Made by a program: the position numbers and the translations under genes. A stretch of DNA of 64,000 bases from Octopus vulgaris (Eukaryota). Of the stretch, positions 1 to 14,203 are shown one piece after another (the first letter of the stretch is position 1; each line of letters begins with the position of its first letter). The notes below the pieces were generated by a model, which was given only the letters and a program-made list of their open reading frames with translations, was not told the DNA's origin and did no database searches. Where the stretch lies: the NCBI GenBank assembly GCA_951406725.2, contig OX597828.1, positions 29,574,001-29,638,000 of the forward strand, read 5' to 3'.

Positions 1-149
1 GAATGTTTTTAAATAATAACTATGAGAACACAACTTCGATTTAACTGCTTGACATCTTTGAAAAAAAATCCGTTCGTTGTAAATAGTATAGTATGTGTGT
101 GTGTGTGTTTGAATGTGTGTGCGCCCGCGCACATACACACACACACACG

Positions 150-180
<31 letters not shown>

Positions 181-229
181 CACGCAGAACACACATACAT
201 ACACTTGCATCTCCACAGATTTAGGCGCG

Positions 230-820
230 CACAAAATCAAACATCCAGTCAACATCATGGTGTTTGGAGTGATCACTAGTGATGGCGACGTTATGTCTCC
301 ATTTATCTTCCCACACAGCCTCAGACTCAACACGGAGGCTTACATCAAGTGCCTGCAGATGGTAGTGCTGTTCTGGGTGAAGAGGGTGGCTGCTGGAAGA
401 CCTTATGTCTGGCAACAAAACTCTGCACCATGCCACATAACCAGGAGGAACCAGTCATAGCTGTCAGACAATTTATGCGACCACATCACCCTTAAGATCT
501 GGCAACCTAATTCTCCAGACTTCAACTCCCTTGATTATTATGTGTGAGGCGCAGTTGAGCAAGAGACGAACGAAACTCCTTGTAACACCAATGATGAACT
601 GAAGGCAAGGGTTATGGCAGCATTTCCCAACTTAAACAAGGAGATCATTCATAAGAGTTGCAGGAGATTCCGAAGTCGTCTAGAGGCCGTGGTTTATTCT
701 TTTGTGTTTCAAGATATTTTTATGTAATTTTAGTAAATATATTTGTTAAAATGAGATGTCAGTGTTATTTACATTTTTGCGTAATTTGGACGCCAATTCA
801 TTCATTCACTGCACACAGTA
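230..820 (+). mobile_element. Tc1/mariner DD37D (maT family) transposase 3' fragment, pseudogenised
   Basis: Translates KHPVNIMVFGVITSDG...YVWQQNSAPCH...*...IWQPNSPDFNSLDYYV*GAVE...RFRSRLEAVV. There are 37 residues between the second catalytic position (D>N) and the third D, plus two in-frame stops. A probable decayed TIR ends near 820 before (ATCT)n. Confidence 0.85.
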
Positions 821-825
821 TCTAA

Positions 826-881
<56 letters not shown>

Positions 882-899
882 ATACTCATACATATATAC

Positions 900-1060
900 A
901 TGTGTCTGTGTTCGTTGGTTTACATCCTCGCAACTTAGCAGTTTAACAACAGCGACGATAGATAATAAGTACTGCGGTCGATTTGTTCGACCAAACGTTT
1001 CAAAACGATGCCCAAAAGCACGGCCGCAGTTCAATGACTGAAACAAGTAAATGGTAAAAA
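900..1060 (+). mobile_element. SINE-A degenerate 3' half
   Basis: GATAATAAGTACT..GGTCGATTTGTTCGAC..CACGGCCGCAGTTCAATGACTGAAACAAGTAAA matches the SINE-A tail. Confidence 0.7.
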
Positions 1061-1392
1061 ATAGATATAATCTACATGACACTTTTTGGAGAAATCAATG
1101 CGAAATTTGAACCCTTTGAACAACTGCAGTGAAAAACCTTTGTTTTTTTTTTCTTGTATTGTGACAAAGCCAGATAATCCTGTAAAACTTCGCCTTCGGT
1201 AAATGGATGTTAGTCTTAATCTGCCGCAGAGTTAAAAGTAACTGCTGAGCCTTCGTGTATTTTTAGCGAAGTCCATTCTATAACTCACTTCGTTCTTTCC
1301 ATCAGTTACACAATCCGTAAAAATGGTAATGAAGATACAAATAAGTTTAGTTATTCTACCGATCTCGCTCGTGAAATCAGAATGTAATTGGA

Positions 1393-1609
1393 CACCAACC
1401 CGGCTGAAACCGGCTCTGGCTCTTTAGTATAAATGTCTTGTTTTCATAAGTTTTGAATTCAAAATTTCCACCAAATTTTAGTCACAATTTATGTTCCTAA
1501 CACTAGCTCAATGATAACGATGTTATTTTACTAAATTCTTTCTTATATTTAAAATAATTGGAAGAAACACAGAGCATCTCAAAATAAATACTACAGTAAC
1601 GAAAGGGTT
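1393..1609. mobile_element. Non-autonomous DNA transposon (piggyBac-like MITE), left end decayed
   Basis: AT-rich body ending in GTAACGAAAGGGTT, resembling an AGGG-TTAA terminus; no intact left TIR. Confidence 0.4.
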
Positions 1610-2025
1610 GGTGAGACAATAGGTCTGTCGTGTTAACGTGTTTATCACTCACTCCCATCCAGTTAAAAGAATATTAACTAGCTTTAGGCTACCAGAGGAA
1701 AGTTTAATGAATCCACTGTCCCCAGAGCAGCATTCACATCATAATGTTTGATAGGAGTGGAGGTTTTGTAAAGTAAACTCACGTCCAATTAGCTTTGAAT
1801 TGAGACGGTAAATACTTTTAAACATTTGATCCGGAATTTCTCTCTGTCAGAAACTTAATCCCGCTGAAAATAGTAATTATTTCCTGTTTTGGCACAAAAC
1901 CAGCAATTTTAGGGGAGAATGTTCGACTCCAGTACTTGACTGGTACTTAGTTGCCGTTTGGTAATTTTTGACTCATCCTCTTGATGCGGAGATGATTTTT
2001 CATAAATCAAGAATTCATAATATTT

Positions 2026-2800
2026 TACTCTCTTTACTCTTTTACTTGTTTCAGTCATTTGACTGCGGCCATGCTGGAGCACCGCCTTTAATCGAGCAAC
2101 TCGACCCCGGGACATATTCTTTGTAAGCCCAGTACTTATTCTATCGGTCTCTTTTGCCGAACCGCTAAGTAACGGGGACATAAACACACCAGCATCGGTT
2201 GTCAAGCAATGCTGGGGGGACAAACACAACCACACACGCACACATATATATCTCTCTCTATATAAACGGCAGTTTGTCTGTGCGTGTTTCTGTGTGTCTG
2301 TTTGCTTGTACCCTCACCCTGACCACGGCTTTCAACCGATTCTGATGAAACTTGACACACACATAGCCCAATGTCATAATTCAAAACTAACGTAGCGAAA
2401 ATTTTGAAAAGTTCCCCCAGTTCTGAAAAAAATCGATAAATTCGACATGGGGTCGAGAATCAGAAACACAAACCGCAAACTGTCTAGGGGACGCAACTCC
2501 ACCTTTTTTCACTCTCAAAAAAAATTTACCATCATTTTTTTCCATTTTTTTGCTATTTTTTGGCTATAACTCTCTAAAAATGCTTTATAGTTATTTCCCT
2601 TACAAACCTGAGCAACGCCGGGCGATACTGCTAGTATACATATATACGATGGGCTTCTTTCAGTTTCCGTCTACCAAATCCACTCACAAGGCTTTGGTCG
2701 GCCCGAGGCTATAGTAGAAGACACTTGCCCAAGGTGCCACGCAGTGGGACTGAACCCGGTTGGTAAACAAGCTACATACCGCACAGCCACTCCTGCGCCT
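2026..2800 (-). mobile_element. SINE-A (tRNA-derived) interrupted by a Helitron
   Basis: Head GGCGCAGGAGTGGCTGTG...GGTTCAGTCCC (A/B-box like) on the minus strand and tail GCTCCAGCATGGCCGCAGTCAAATGACTGAAAC. Near-identical to copies at 8.7, 26.7, 35.1 and 57.0 kb. Confidence 0.9.
2251..2634 (+). mobile_element. Non-autonomous Helitron nested in SINE-A
   Basis: 5' TC, 3' CTAG, inserted between A and T with no TSD; subterminal hairpin CCTGAGCAACGCCGGG about 10 nt before CTAG; absent from other SINE-A copies. Confidence 0.85.
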
Positions 2801-5229
2801 TTGAGACTTTTATAAATCTGTATTTGTCTGTCGTCCAACTACACGTCACTGGCCATTCTGAGTTGTTTCTCTTCGTTAACATTTGTTCAATAGTTAGTAA
2901 ACACAAGGTTTTTTTCTCTTTTGGTGACATTGGAAAGACCCTCTACAATACATCACTGGTTTCCTACAATACATCACTCGTTCAGATAAATATTGATTTC
3001 ACGCCTCTGAGAATAAGACATGGCAATCTTGGCAAGGGTTGAAGAAGAATACAATCAGAAAAGCATTGAACAAAATGTCTTGCCGTATTTAGCTACTTCA
3101 CATTCTAAGTTCAAATCCTATGCGGTCAGCCTTATTTTGTAACATTCCAGGGTCGATTAAAATACCGTAGAATCACTTTGGTGAATTTAACAGATCTTTC
3201 CCAAGAATCGAGTACTTGAACAAATTTCAGAAATCGATATAATCGATTTTAAGACCTACCCATCTAAAAGCTCATGACTGTTAATTATCCGTATTATGAA
3301 CACTGTTGGGTCACCGAAGTATAAATGTTTGCACATCACTGAGTCTAATTCCTGAAAAAATCCCGCGCCCCACCCCCAAAAAACTGACAGAACAAAGCAA
3401 CTTTAATTTCTAACACCCTTTCATTCAACGGCAAAAACAGTGTGAAGTAACAAGTGAGAGGTGACAAATGTGTTGATGTATTATCAAAAGAAATAATCCA
3501 TTGTCGATTATTGAAATGATGAAACTACAAGAGAAATATTTATTTTCGATTTCTTTCGACTTTAATCTCATTCTTTTACCATCTCTGTTTCTTTGCTTTT
3601 AGATAATGCTATTATTCTCTGTAAACTTACATTCATATTTAGCTTCCATCCTTCTCCCCAGATAGCAATCTCTACCCCTTTATCTCCCTCTCTTGTTATC
3701 GACACAAGTCAACAAACACACATATATATACAACAAATCGCTGTATGTAGACACCACATTGCTTTATATTAATTCAATATTATTAAACCATGGCATCTGA
3801 CAAATATTTCGCCGTCTAGCAGCGCTGAGTTCAATTCTTTTTGTGCGTATTAATAAAGCTGAGATGAAAAATGAGTTATAAATTCCCAAAATAAGTTATG
3901 AATTCCCAATATTTTTTCGATACCACACCAAGTAATAGCAACCAAATCTTCTTCATATTATTCAAGAACCTTTTAAAACCATGGAAGGTAACATTCGGTA
4001 ATATAGCCTCAGATTGACTTCGAAAGGAGAGGGACCAGTCACGGCAGGATTACTTTTGATTTCAGGTTTATTTGATGAGGGCGGTCGGTCGGTAGTGGCA
4101 AAATGATATTAGTAGCAATCAGCACAATTTAATATATCCTGTCTTGATCCAGGAATTTTTCTTGCAGTAGGAGTGGCACCTTTGCGACGTATGCAGGGTC
4201 TTGGGCATTTTAACTCTAGCACATTTATCTCCAGGTTTGAACACACCGTATCTCTTCCAGCAAGATGAATCGATCCCAGTACTGCATTGCTACTTTATTG
4301 AGAACAAAAATAATGGAAAACAAAATTTGAATTGTGCGGGTGGTGAATTCAGAGAACAGTCGACAGGAATTAATACCTCAAGATACATATTTAAGCTAAC
4401 GTTGTAAACAGTTGTGACGTCTCAACGTTTTATATAAAAATCATACAAAGTTAAATAAAAGCTATTGGTAAAATCTTTTTAATACAAGATAAACATTTTC
4501 ATTTGTTTCCATAATAGAACGAACTGATCTAGAGTTGTTTGCAAATGACCTCCTTTCTATTTCGTATATAATATCAATACATACATAATAGACCCCAGCT
4601 GTCACAGATTTTCCAATAAAATTTTTATTGCAACTGCTACTGTAGATGATGATGATGATGATGATGATGCGAACAATATTTTGCTAAATCTCTCTACAAG
4701 GTCTACCAGTATTTATATTTATAATGGAGAAAATGGTAGTTAGAATGTAGAATAGGTAAAGTGTCACTCAAAATACACCCTGCTACGTATTTCGGTGCCT
4801 TCGCTCTCTGATTTCAAGTTCTGCCTTTTAACCCTCCCGAGAACAGTAAAGTGTCAGTCGAGTACAGTTATCGATTTAACTGCAATCGATTGTGGTCCAC
4901 CTACAAATTAGGTGGACACGTACTGATGTCAAAAATCAATATTCACCGAGTAGAACGTAACGGAGGGGTAGGCGTTGCAGATTACCAGTTTAAATACCGA
5001 TAAATTCAGTTTCGGTACCCCAGGTCCTAAGTTCAATTTTCCACAAGGTGCACAATATCATGCACCCGCAGCAAATTGCGTAATTTGTAGCCACCGATAC
5101 TTACGAAAACAGTGACTAAGAAAATCACGGGTGTTGGAAATTTCTGTCGGCTGAATATTAACAAAGTCTCCAGAAGTAGAAATGTGTCCACTGTTTTCAT
5201 TATCCAGTACTGAGACGATTGTTGCCTAT

Positions 5230-5279
<50 letters not shown>

Positions 5280-5335
5280 CAAAACATGGGGTAGGGTTTA
5301 GTTCACAGGTGATCTAAACGATTAGGTACGCTAGG

Positions 5336-5395
5336 TAAGTGCCGATGACCGAATATCCCATACTCCAAGATATCCCAGAAACAGCTGTAAGACTT
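5336..5395 (+). ncRNA. Degenerate minimal type I hammerhead motif (Penelope-type terminus)
   Basis: CCGATGA...GAAACAGCTGTA|AGAC with palindromic helix III; stems I and II imperfect. Confidence 0.45.
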
Positions 5396-5471
5396 TGAAT
5401 TTCTTCCAATAATAATAACGTATATGACTTGAGATGTTTGCGTTGCCTTAACGTTGGTTGTCCTCTTTAAC

Positions 5472-5566
<95 letters not shown>

Positions 5567-5975
5567 CGGGTATGGCTGTGTGGTAACAAACTTGCTTTCC
5601 AACCACATAGTTTGAGGTTCAGTCCCAGTATGTGTCATTTTGGGTAAGTGTCTTCTACTGTAGCCTCGGGTCAACCAAAGCCTTGTGAAAGGATTCGGTG
5701 GATAGACGGAAACTGAAAGAAGCCCGTCGTATGTGTGCGTCTTTGTGTCCATGTTTGTCCTCCCATCACCACTTGGCAACAGGTGTTGGTGTGTCTATGT
5801 CCGAATAACCTAGCGTTTCGGAAAAAAGAGCCCGACAAACTAAATACCAGGATTCTACAATAAAAAAAAACAAAACAAGTAATTCCTGGGGGGCAATTTG
5901 TTCGACTAAAATCATTCAAAGCGGTGCTCCAGCATGGCCGCAGTCAAATGACTTATACAAGTAATAGAATTTAAA
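5567..5975 (+). mobile_element. SINE-A
   Basis: Diverged full-length copy next to (TA)n. Confidence 0.85.
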
Positions 5976-6547
5976 GGAATAAAAGTACTCACACACGCAC
6001 ACACACACACGCACACCGCAGTTTGGCTTCACAATATTTACATTAACTAAGATATATAAGTAGCTTAATTTCATACTGCTTCTGTTGCATGTAACTGATA
6101 CACAAACCCACACACTTGTACATACATATGTGTGTGTGTGCAATATGAAAGGTGCTGCGACTCTATTTAAGAAACGATTTGAGTACAGTCGATTAGATCC
6201 CAACCCCACACTTACCCATTCTTTCAACAGTTTTCTTCTAACTTCTCGCATTTGTCTTCCTTTTTGTGTAGAACCTCTTCCATCCTCTCCTCCCAGGATA
6301 CAGTATACACACACACACGCTCACACATGTATGTATGTAAGCATACATACACAGAAACACACACGTCTGTACTCCTACATGCCTGGTTTTTGTAAAGTTT
6401 CACTCACAAATTATTGAGAAACGGAAGGTTTTGGTAGAAAGTAATTGCCCAAATACCGCATCATGGAATCGAACCTGGAATCGCTGTTGTTAATTGAACT
6501 CCATAAACGTGCGGACCTTTCAACAATTCTATAAGACTGATAAGATT

Positions 6548-7161
6548 TTCTTTTCTACTCTAGGCACAAGGCCCAAAGTTTTTGGGGAAGGAACCAGTCG
6601 ATTAGATCGATCCCAGTACGCAACTGGTACTTAATTTATCGACCCCGAAAGGATGAAAGGCAAAGTCCACCTCGGCAGAATTTGAACCCAGAACATAAAG
6701 ACAGACGAAATATCGCTAAGCATTTCACCCGCCGTGCTAACGTTTCTTATTTCTTTATTGCCCACAAGGGGCTAAACACAGAGGGGGCAAACAAGGACAG
6801 ACAAAGGGATTTAGTCGATTACATCACTCCAGTGCGTAACTGATACTTATTTAATCGACCCCGAAATGTTGAAAGGCAAAGTCGACCTCGGCGGAATTTG
6901 AACTCAGAACGTAGCGGCAGACGAAATACCTGTTTCTTTATTATCCACAAGGGGCTAAACATAGAGGGGACAAACAAGGACAGACAAAGGGATCAAGTCG
7001 ATTACATTAACCCCAGTGCGTAACTGGTAATTAATTTATCGACCCCGAAAGGATGAAAGGCAAAGTGGACCTCGGCGGAATTTGAACTCAGAACGTAGCG
7101 GCAGATAAAATACGGCTACGCATTTCGCCCGGCGTGCTAACGGTTCTGCCAGCTCGCCACC
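6548..7161 (-). mobile_element. Head-to-tail cluster of three SINE-B copies
   Basis: Three repeats of ATCGACCCCGAAAGGATGAAAGGCAAAGTC..CCTCGGCGGAATTTGAACTCAGAAC. Head GGTGGCGAGCTGGCAGAA at ~7160. The central block resembles the conserved MetaSINE-type domain (from recall). Confidence 0.9.
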
Positions 7162-7321
7162 TATGAGACTGATATGCTGCAATATTGGAAACCACGTTGC
7201 GCTCTCTCTTTCAATGAAAGAGAGAGCGCAACGTGGTTTCCGATATTGCAGCATATCAGTCTCATAGGTGGCGAGCTGGCAGAACCGTTAGCACGCCGGG
7301 CGAAATGCGTAGCCGTATTTT
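7107..7321. repeat. 215-bp near-perfect palindrome
   Basis: 107-bp arms around a 1-nt spacer at 7214, one mismatch. Confidence 0.97.
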
Positions 7322-8674
7322 CTAGCCTAGCTGTGTTGATTTTCACACTAAGCAGAGAGGGATTATGAAGTTCATGCTTTCTGCACACACATTAGCCGCG
7401 AAAGTAAAGCTAAATAACCGAAAGTGTTCGATTTTCCTCTCTCTATCGATACTATGTTAACTGTTTTTCGATAAAATCATTGAGAACAAACTCATCGATT
7501 GTACAAAGACTTCCAGAACTCCAGACACGCATTCATACAATTCATAGAAAATTCCTACAGACTTTCGCAGTTTGTTTTCCTTCTTTCGTTTCTTTCTTAC
7601 TGTGATCTCGAATATTTATTACATTGCTAAACCATGAAAGGCTTACACCAATAACATTAACGAAAATAAACATTTATTCTGAGACATAAATAAACAGCTA
7701 TAAAATCACTTATTTATCAGAAGGCTTCTGTTCGATAAATTCCAAAAGTTTACATTTCTGTCGTCGGTGGTAAGGGCTAAGAGGACATGTATAAGTTTCC
7801 GGTGACGCAAAAAATATCTCGATCAGAATTCCTCTCCCAGATGTAATAGCTTCAATTTCTCCACTGAAAACAACATCACAATGCCGGCAAAGGATCGACT
7901 CGGTTTGACCCGTCCTCTGTAGCCGTTATATTGTTGCGAATGAATTCTCTATCAAAGACTTGGGAATAAAGAAGGAGTCAGTCTTTATTGATACGATAGA
8001 GCATCCGCGCAATAGATACAGCGTGGGTGTATTGAGTAATGTTCAATAAATATCATCGTATATTGACTATTTCTCCATAACTCTATTCAAACACACTGAA
8101 AACAATATTTTTAAAATCTGATATACACAGTTGCAGCAGTATAAATAGCCATCTCTGTATCATACTCAATGTATATACGAGCAATAAGTTTACTCTCTTC
8201 AAAAACGAAGATAATTTCAATAAATCATGAATTTATTTAAGGGAACTTTATTTCTTCTTTGTCTTTCAAATATTTACTTGTAGCAATTGTAAGGGTTTTT
8301 CTTTACTTATTTTAGCATTATTAATAAAAAAATAATGTAATAAAAAAAATAAAAAAATAAAGAAATATATTTTAGCATTATTTATGCAAATTCACTCGGC
8401 CGTACATGTGTACTCTCCTTTTTTATGTCTGTATATTCTGAAGGTAACGTACGACAATAGCGGTTAGGCTTATTGGGGTAGAAACATGCATCCACTGCCG
8501 TCCTTCCGTATTCAGATAATCTGCCTGTCTTTTTTTAAATGGTGTGTCGCTGGTCCCACACAGAAACACAAATATTGATGTGTGTATTATATACATGAAT
8601 ATAATGGGATTAATATAAGGCGGCACAAGAATAATCGAAATTTAACGAAAAAATGCGCTTAGCAGATGAGTATG

Positions 8675-9090
8675 CTCTTTACTCTTTTACTCTTTTACTT
8701 GTTTCAGTCATTTGACTGCGGCCATGCTGGAGCACCGCCTTTAGTCGAGCAAATCGACCTCGGGACTTATTCTTTGGAAGCCCAGTACTTATTCTATCGG
8801 GCTCTTTTGCCGAACCGCTAAGTGACGGGGACGTAAACACACCAGCATCGGTTGTCAAGCAATGCTAGGGGGACAAACACAGACACACAAACACATATAC
8901 ACACACACATATATATATACATATATATACGACAGGCTTCTTTTAGTTTCCGTCTACCAAATCCACTCACAAAGCATTGGTCGACCCGGGGCTATAGCAG
9001 AAGACACTTGCCCAAGGTGCCACGCAGTGGGACTGAACCCGGAACCATGTGGTTGGTTAGCAAGCTACTTACCGCACAGCCACTCTTGCT
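8675..9090 (-). mobile_element. SINE-A
   Basis: Full-length copy with internal (CA)/(TA) tract. Confidence 0.92.
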
Positions 9091-9867
9091 GATTATGTTC
9101 ACAAGAAATAGTGACTGTGACTTCGAAGTTTTTATGGTCGTATATATTTATGTCGTATACGTTTACCTCTCCTCAAATCTATACTCGCTATTTTACACTA
9201 TTTGTAACAGATACAGTGTGTACAAATATTTGTGGAATAAGCCTCTTTGTGTGTGTGTGTGTGTGTGTGTGTGTTAGTAACGATGTACAGGGCGTTTCCC
9301 ACCTTAATAATGACAACTGTCATTGAACTTAGATATAAATTCATAGCGTAGTGTTTGCTGTGAGCACAGCTGCTACTTGGATGGGCAGACGAGATATCCC
9401 TCACCCACTCAACACAATGATTCACTCCCTGCCACATTTCACATCAATACGGGGAAATTGACAAACAGGTTCCTTCGAGCGTTCGGCAGAATACGTTGCA
9501 CTCGGCAGTCAAGAGCGCATGCCGGTCTAATCTCATCCAGGTCAATTTGTTCTCTATTTTGCTGGAGATCGATAAAACAAAACTACAACACTAGTCAACA
9601 ATTGGTATCGATTTAATAGAGTATAATCCACGTATTGAGTGGGTGGTTACAGAATTCCTTTTGCAGCCGCATGTATTTGGATCCAATCTTTGAGAATTTT
9701 GTTGATACGAACTGTGTCGAAGCCTGTCATGTATGTATGTATGTATGTATGTATGTATGTATGTATGTATGTATGTATGTACCTATGTATGTATGTATGT
9801 ATGTATGTATGTATGTATGTATGTATGTATGTATGCATGTATGTATGTAGGTAGGTAGGTATATATG

Positions 9868-10307
9868 TATGTCTCTTCTATTTTAAAAATTATTATAAAT
9901 CTTCAACTGAGGAAGGAACCAGTTTCCAACAAAGATACAAGGCCCCATGTTTGTGATGTAGTTAACACAGACAAATTCACATTTGGAAATTGAGAAAAGT
10001 CTTGCATATTTTCACTGTTCTACTCACAGATTGCACTTGTAATGTACGAATCAGCCGGTCAATCTCTCTCTCTCTCTCTAAAAATCCCAGATTATCCAGA
10101 TTATCCTTTAAGCATTTACTAACAAAACCTGATGCTCCAATTATTATTGGTATGAATATGAATTCATAGTCTGGATATAGAAGCTGGAGGTTTCGAAGCA
10201 GTTGTCCATAGATATCATCTTTTTCTTTGATTTTCAAAGATTATTTATATCTGCAGGGCAGCTGACCTCTATGATTGTACATACCTTCGCCTCTGTCCCA
10301 AATAACA

Positions 10308-10308
<1 letters not shown>
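9868..10308 (-). mobile_element. RLE-type (R4/NeSL-like) non-LTR retrotransposon 3' fragment within (ATAC)n
   Basis: IVIWDR...(frameshift)KEKDDIYGQLLRNL...FIPIIIGASG...SRTVKICKTFLNFQM* is a restriction-like endonuclease C-terminus; (TATG)n on both sides. Confidence 0.8.
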
Positions 10309-10338
<30 letters not shown>

Positions 10339-10950
10339 TGTATGTATGTATGTATGTATGTATGTATGTATGTATGTATGTATGTATGTCTGTATGTATA
10401 TGTGTATGTGTGTATGTGTGTATGTTTGTCCTCACCACATCGCTTGACAGTGAGTGTTGGTTTGGTTTCGTCCCAGTAATTTTGCGGCTTGACAAGAAGA
10501 ACCGATAGAATAGATATCAGATTTAGAAGAAAGTAGTGGGTTGATTTGTTCCCCTAAACCCTTCAATCGCTGCTCCATCATGGGCGCAGTCCTGCGACTG
10601 AAGCGAGTAAAAGGTAAATGGTATGAAAAAGGTGACCCGAAGAGGACGTCTCAACTGGTCACTAAAATTTCAAGAAATAGAAGGCAATTGTCCCGTAAAT
10701 CATAAGGTATGCGAAATGTCGAGGTGGTCATGTCTAGGACACTTTTGATAAGGGATTTTCTTAATCATAGTTAGCAGTGTAATACTTGTTTTGTGATTTA
10801 GGCCCAACGTCAATACATTGCAAAGAAAGGTTTCAGTCGAAATCACCAACCCCAGGACTTGATTAGTGCTTTTGTATATCGGCCTCGGTGGGATGAAAGA
10901 CAATATTGACCTCCGTGGGAATTTCAATTCAGAATGTAAAGACCCGGAAG

Positions 10951-11119
10951 CAGTGCCCTTTCAGAGTATAGGCATACAGCGCAGTTGCCCAGGGCCTCCA
11001 CGGGTCTTGGGTACCAGTTATGATCTATGAATGCCGTGGTTTGTTATCAATAAATAAATACTCTAGGGCCCAGTGCATTGATTTGCCTGGGAGATTATAA
11101 TGCTGCTAAGACGGCTCTG
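10951..11119. mobile_element. hAT-like MITE inserted in a decayed SINE-B
   Basis: Imperfect TIRs CAGTGCCCTTTCA / CAGAGCCGTCTTA (reverse complement of right end); 8-bp TSD CCCGGAAG/ACCGGAAG; SINE-B sequence resumes on both sides. Confidence 0.75.
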
Positions 11120-12452
11120 ACCGGAAGAAATACCGCAAATTACTCTCCAGACGCTCTAATGATTCTACGAGCTTCCTGCCCTCGATATGGTGTTAAATAT
11201 AAACGATCATAGAAATCAATCACCAATATAGGAAGAGTTCCTTGAATTTATTGGTGACGCCGACAGCGACTATGGGACTTGAAACCAGAATTATGAACGG
11301 CAAAAACTGACCTCAGTAGAATTTGAACAGAAAACGATAAAGAAGGTATTGTGTTGTACACTGTAGGAAATCTGCTAATACCCCAGTCCTAAATTAATGA
11401 TTTCAAAATTTGGAGCAAAGGCAACAGTTATGAAAGAAGGGGTTCGTCGGTTAGATCGACGAAGGTCCTCAATTGGTGCTTATTTTGTCGACCCTGAAAC
11501 GATGAAATGTAAATTCGATCTCGGCATAGTTTGAACTCGGAAAGTAAGCGCCGGAAGAAATACCGCAAAACGTCGTATCCAGCAATAGAAAGAATATTGC
11601 GGAATAAATATTTATCTTTAAGTTAAGTTAGCCTTGTATACAGAGAAAAGGTATCCAAAGCAGAAGATACAGGAAGAAAGAAATGGTAAAGCATTATTCA
11701 ATAGTGGGAGAGCCACAGCTGTTTCGATTGAAGGAATCCAGTGTTTGGAATAAAGAGGAATAAGCGAATTAAATTTTCCCAAGTTTGCTGTTGTTGTCTT
11801 ATGAGACTAACATGGAAATGAAAACACAATGAGAAAAGAAACCGTATATTTACTGAATTCAAATGTTGGATCTAATAGAATTAGATGTATTTCTGGGAAA
11901 TAGTACATCTGCTTTCGAGAGAAACATGTTTATGGGAAGTAACTCAAGAGTGGACTGTTTTAGAATACTCTCCCTTATGAATACGAATTATACTTTTAAT
12001 TAAGTTACGAGTTTCCTTTGTATGTATATATAATATTTACAATTTGATTATTGCAATTTGCAAATGTATCTTCTGTGCATTGTCGAAATGAGATTCTCAA
12101 ACGGAACAAATTTCAATTGTAAGTGTTTGCATAGACACCTGTGAATAATATTTCCTAAGCACACGCAAAGCTTATTTCATTTCAGCAGACAGGTAAATAT
12201 ATTTGCGTACATGTTTATGGCGCGCGGGTGAATGTGTGTATGTGAATGTGCGTGGTTGATGTTCGTGTGGCAGTGCGTGTATGATATATGTATATGTATG
12301 TGTGTGTGTGTGTGTGCATGAGTGCGTGTGTGGGCAGACACAAATGCGCACACATTCACACAAATACGCACCACACATATACATGCACGCACACCCACAC
12401 ACACCCACACACAACAGCACACGCGTGCGCGCACACACACACACACAAACAC

Positions 12453-12498
<46 letters not shown>

Positions 12499-12663
12499 TC
12501 ATACATACGAGAACTGAGAATCTGCAAGACCTTAAAATTTAAAGAATGATGGTTAAACCAAAGTTCTATTTTTCACAACCTTCTTGCTACCAACCACATT
12601 TATGACCGGTCAACATTTACTCTGAATTAAAGAGAGAAAGAAAATAGACACACACGCGCACAG

Positions 12664-12780
<117 letters not shown>

Positions 12781-12826
12781 CACACACATATATATATATG
12801 TATATATGTGCATGTAAGTATGCCTA

Positions 12827-12901
<75 letters not shown>

Positions 12902-13033
12902 CATATACATACATACATGTATGTATACACACACACACACACATATATATACATAAGCATACATATATCTATATATACATATATATATATGTGTGTGCAT
13001 GCATGTCTATTCTCTCTCTATATATACACATAC

Positions 13034-13106
<73 letters not shown>

Positions 13107-13324
13107 TGCATGTATATTTATTCTCTCACCCTGTCTTTCTCTTATATATGTATATGTATGAACGTATATACAAACATACACACACGTGTGTTTCTTCGTA
13201 ACAACAACTCCTTCACATAAAGTAGGTAAGAAAGATTGCAAGACGCAGTGCAGTATATTATGTTACATTATTAAAATGGTGCCTAATTTACATACATTAT
13301 TCGATTGCGGTTTAATGCGATGAA

Positions 13325-13566
13325 AGCCTCGTGGCGAACAGCTTAATCTACGAATGGAATTCATCAATCAATAAAATAGCATTCATAAATACTTATCGTT
13401 GGCAATTTTCTTTTCCCGTCTTCCCTTCTTTGGACTCTTTCTATATTTCTGATGAAGAGCTCCACTCGAAATGTGAAGTCCTCTTTCTTTTCTTTCCTTT
13501 CCTGAGCATCCAATAATTCCACGTCCTTGCGTTGTTGTTTTTCTTACCTATCCATGTTTGGATTGA

Positions 13567-13570
<4 letters not shown>
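13325..13570 (+). mobile_element. Penelope-type terminal repeat fragment with hammerhead-like core, ending at (TA)n
   Basis: CTGATGA-A-GAG-CTCCA-CTC-GAAA at 13449-13471, helix III decayed; resembles the 61.9 kb copy (TTCCTGAGC downstream). Confidence 0.6.
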
Positions 13571-13611
<41 letters not shown>

Positions 13612-13854
13612 AGATAAGAAAATGGAGAAATACATTTAAATCAAATATCAATTACCAGATAATACTCAATCACATACTTTATTAAACCACCACATAAGAG
13701 ACTGTAGGGTTAAATATAAAAAGCAGAACAATTCGGTGTACATAAAGGAATGTACATAAAAAAGTCTACATAAAAGAGTAATGTTGTATAATAAGTAGAA
13801 TATATATAGAAGAGAATATAAATACAAGTAAATATAAATATAAGTATAAATTAG

Positions 13855-13979
13855 ATCTTACAGCTGTTTCGGCCATGTCGATAATTGTCTCATTTTACCA
13901 ATATTTGCCCTTTATGGTTGGTCAATATATAGATATAAATGAGTCATTAACAAAAATATCACAAGGCCTCTTCGGAGAT
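13855..13979 (-). ncRNA. Type I hammerhead motif, U4C core variant, long stem II
   Basis: Minus strand ATCT-CCGAAGA-GGCC...GGCC-GAAA-CAGCTG-TA-AGAT, inside a (TA)n-flanked segment (~13610-14020). Confidence 0.7.
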
Positions 13980-14021
13980 TATGTCCCATAGAGGGTTGCA
14001 TTTACAACCCCTATCTCAATT

Positions 14022-14062
<41 letters not shown>

Positions 14063-14067
<5 letters not shown>

Positions 14068-14159
14068 TACGTACGTCTCTATATTTTCACACACACACAC
14101 ACACACAAAAGGATACATATACATGTATGAATATGTATATGAATATATAAATATAGATG

Positions 14160-14203
<44 letters not shown>

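Noticed and set aside
5105-5225. Possible 121-bp minus-strand exon (AG|ATIVSVLDNENSGH...|GTAAGT)
   Set aside because: No polypyrimidine tract, no recognisable homology and no partner exons; RNA-seq would be needed.
8852-9277. Recurring ORFs (MSSNARGTNT..., EDTCPRCHAVGLNPEPCG) resembling a gene family
   Set aside because: They are antisense translations of SINE-A copies.
9286-9620. TACAGGGCGTTTCCCA, resembling a Tc1/mariner TIR
   Set aside because: No matching second TIR and no transposase motif found.
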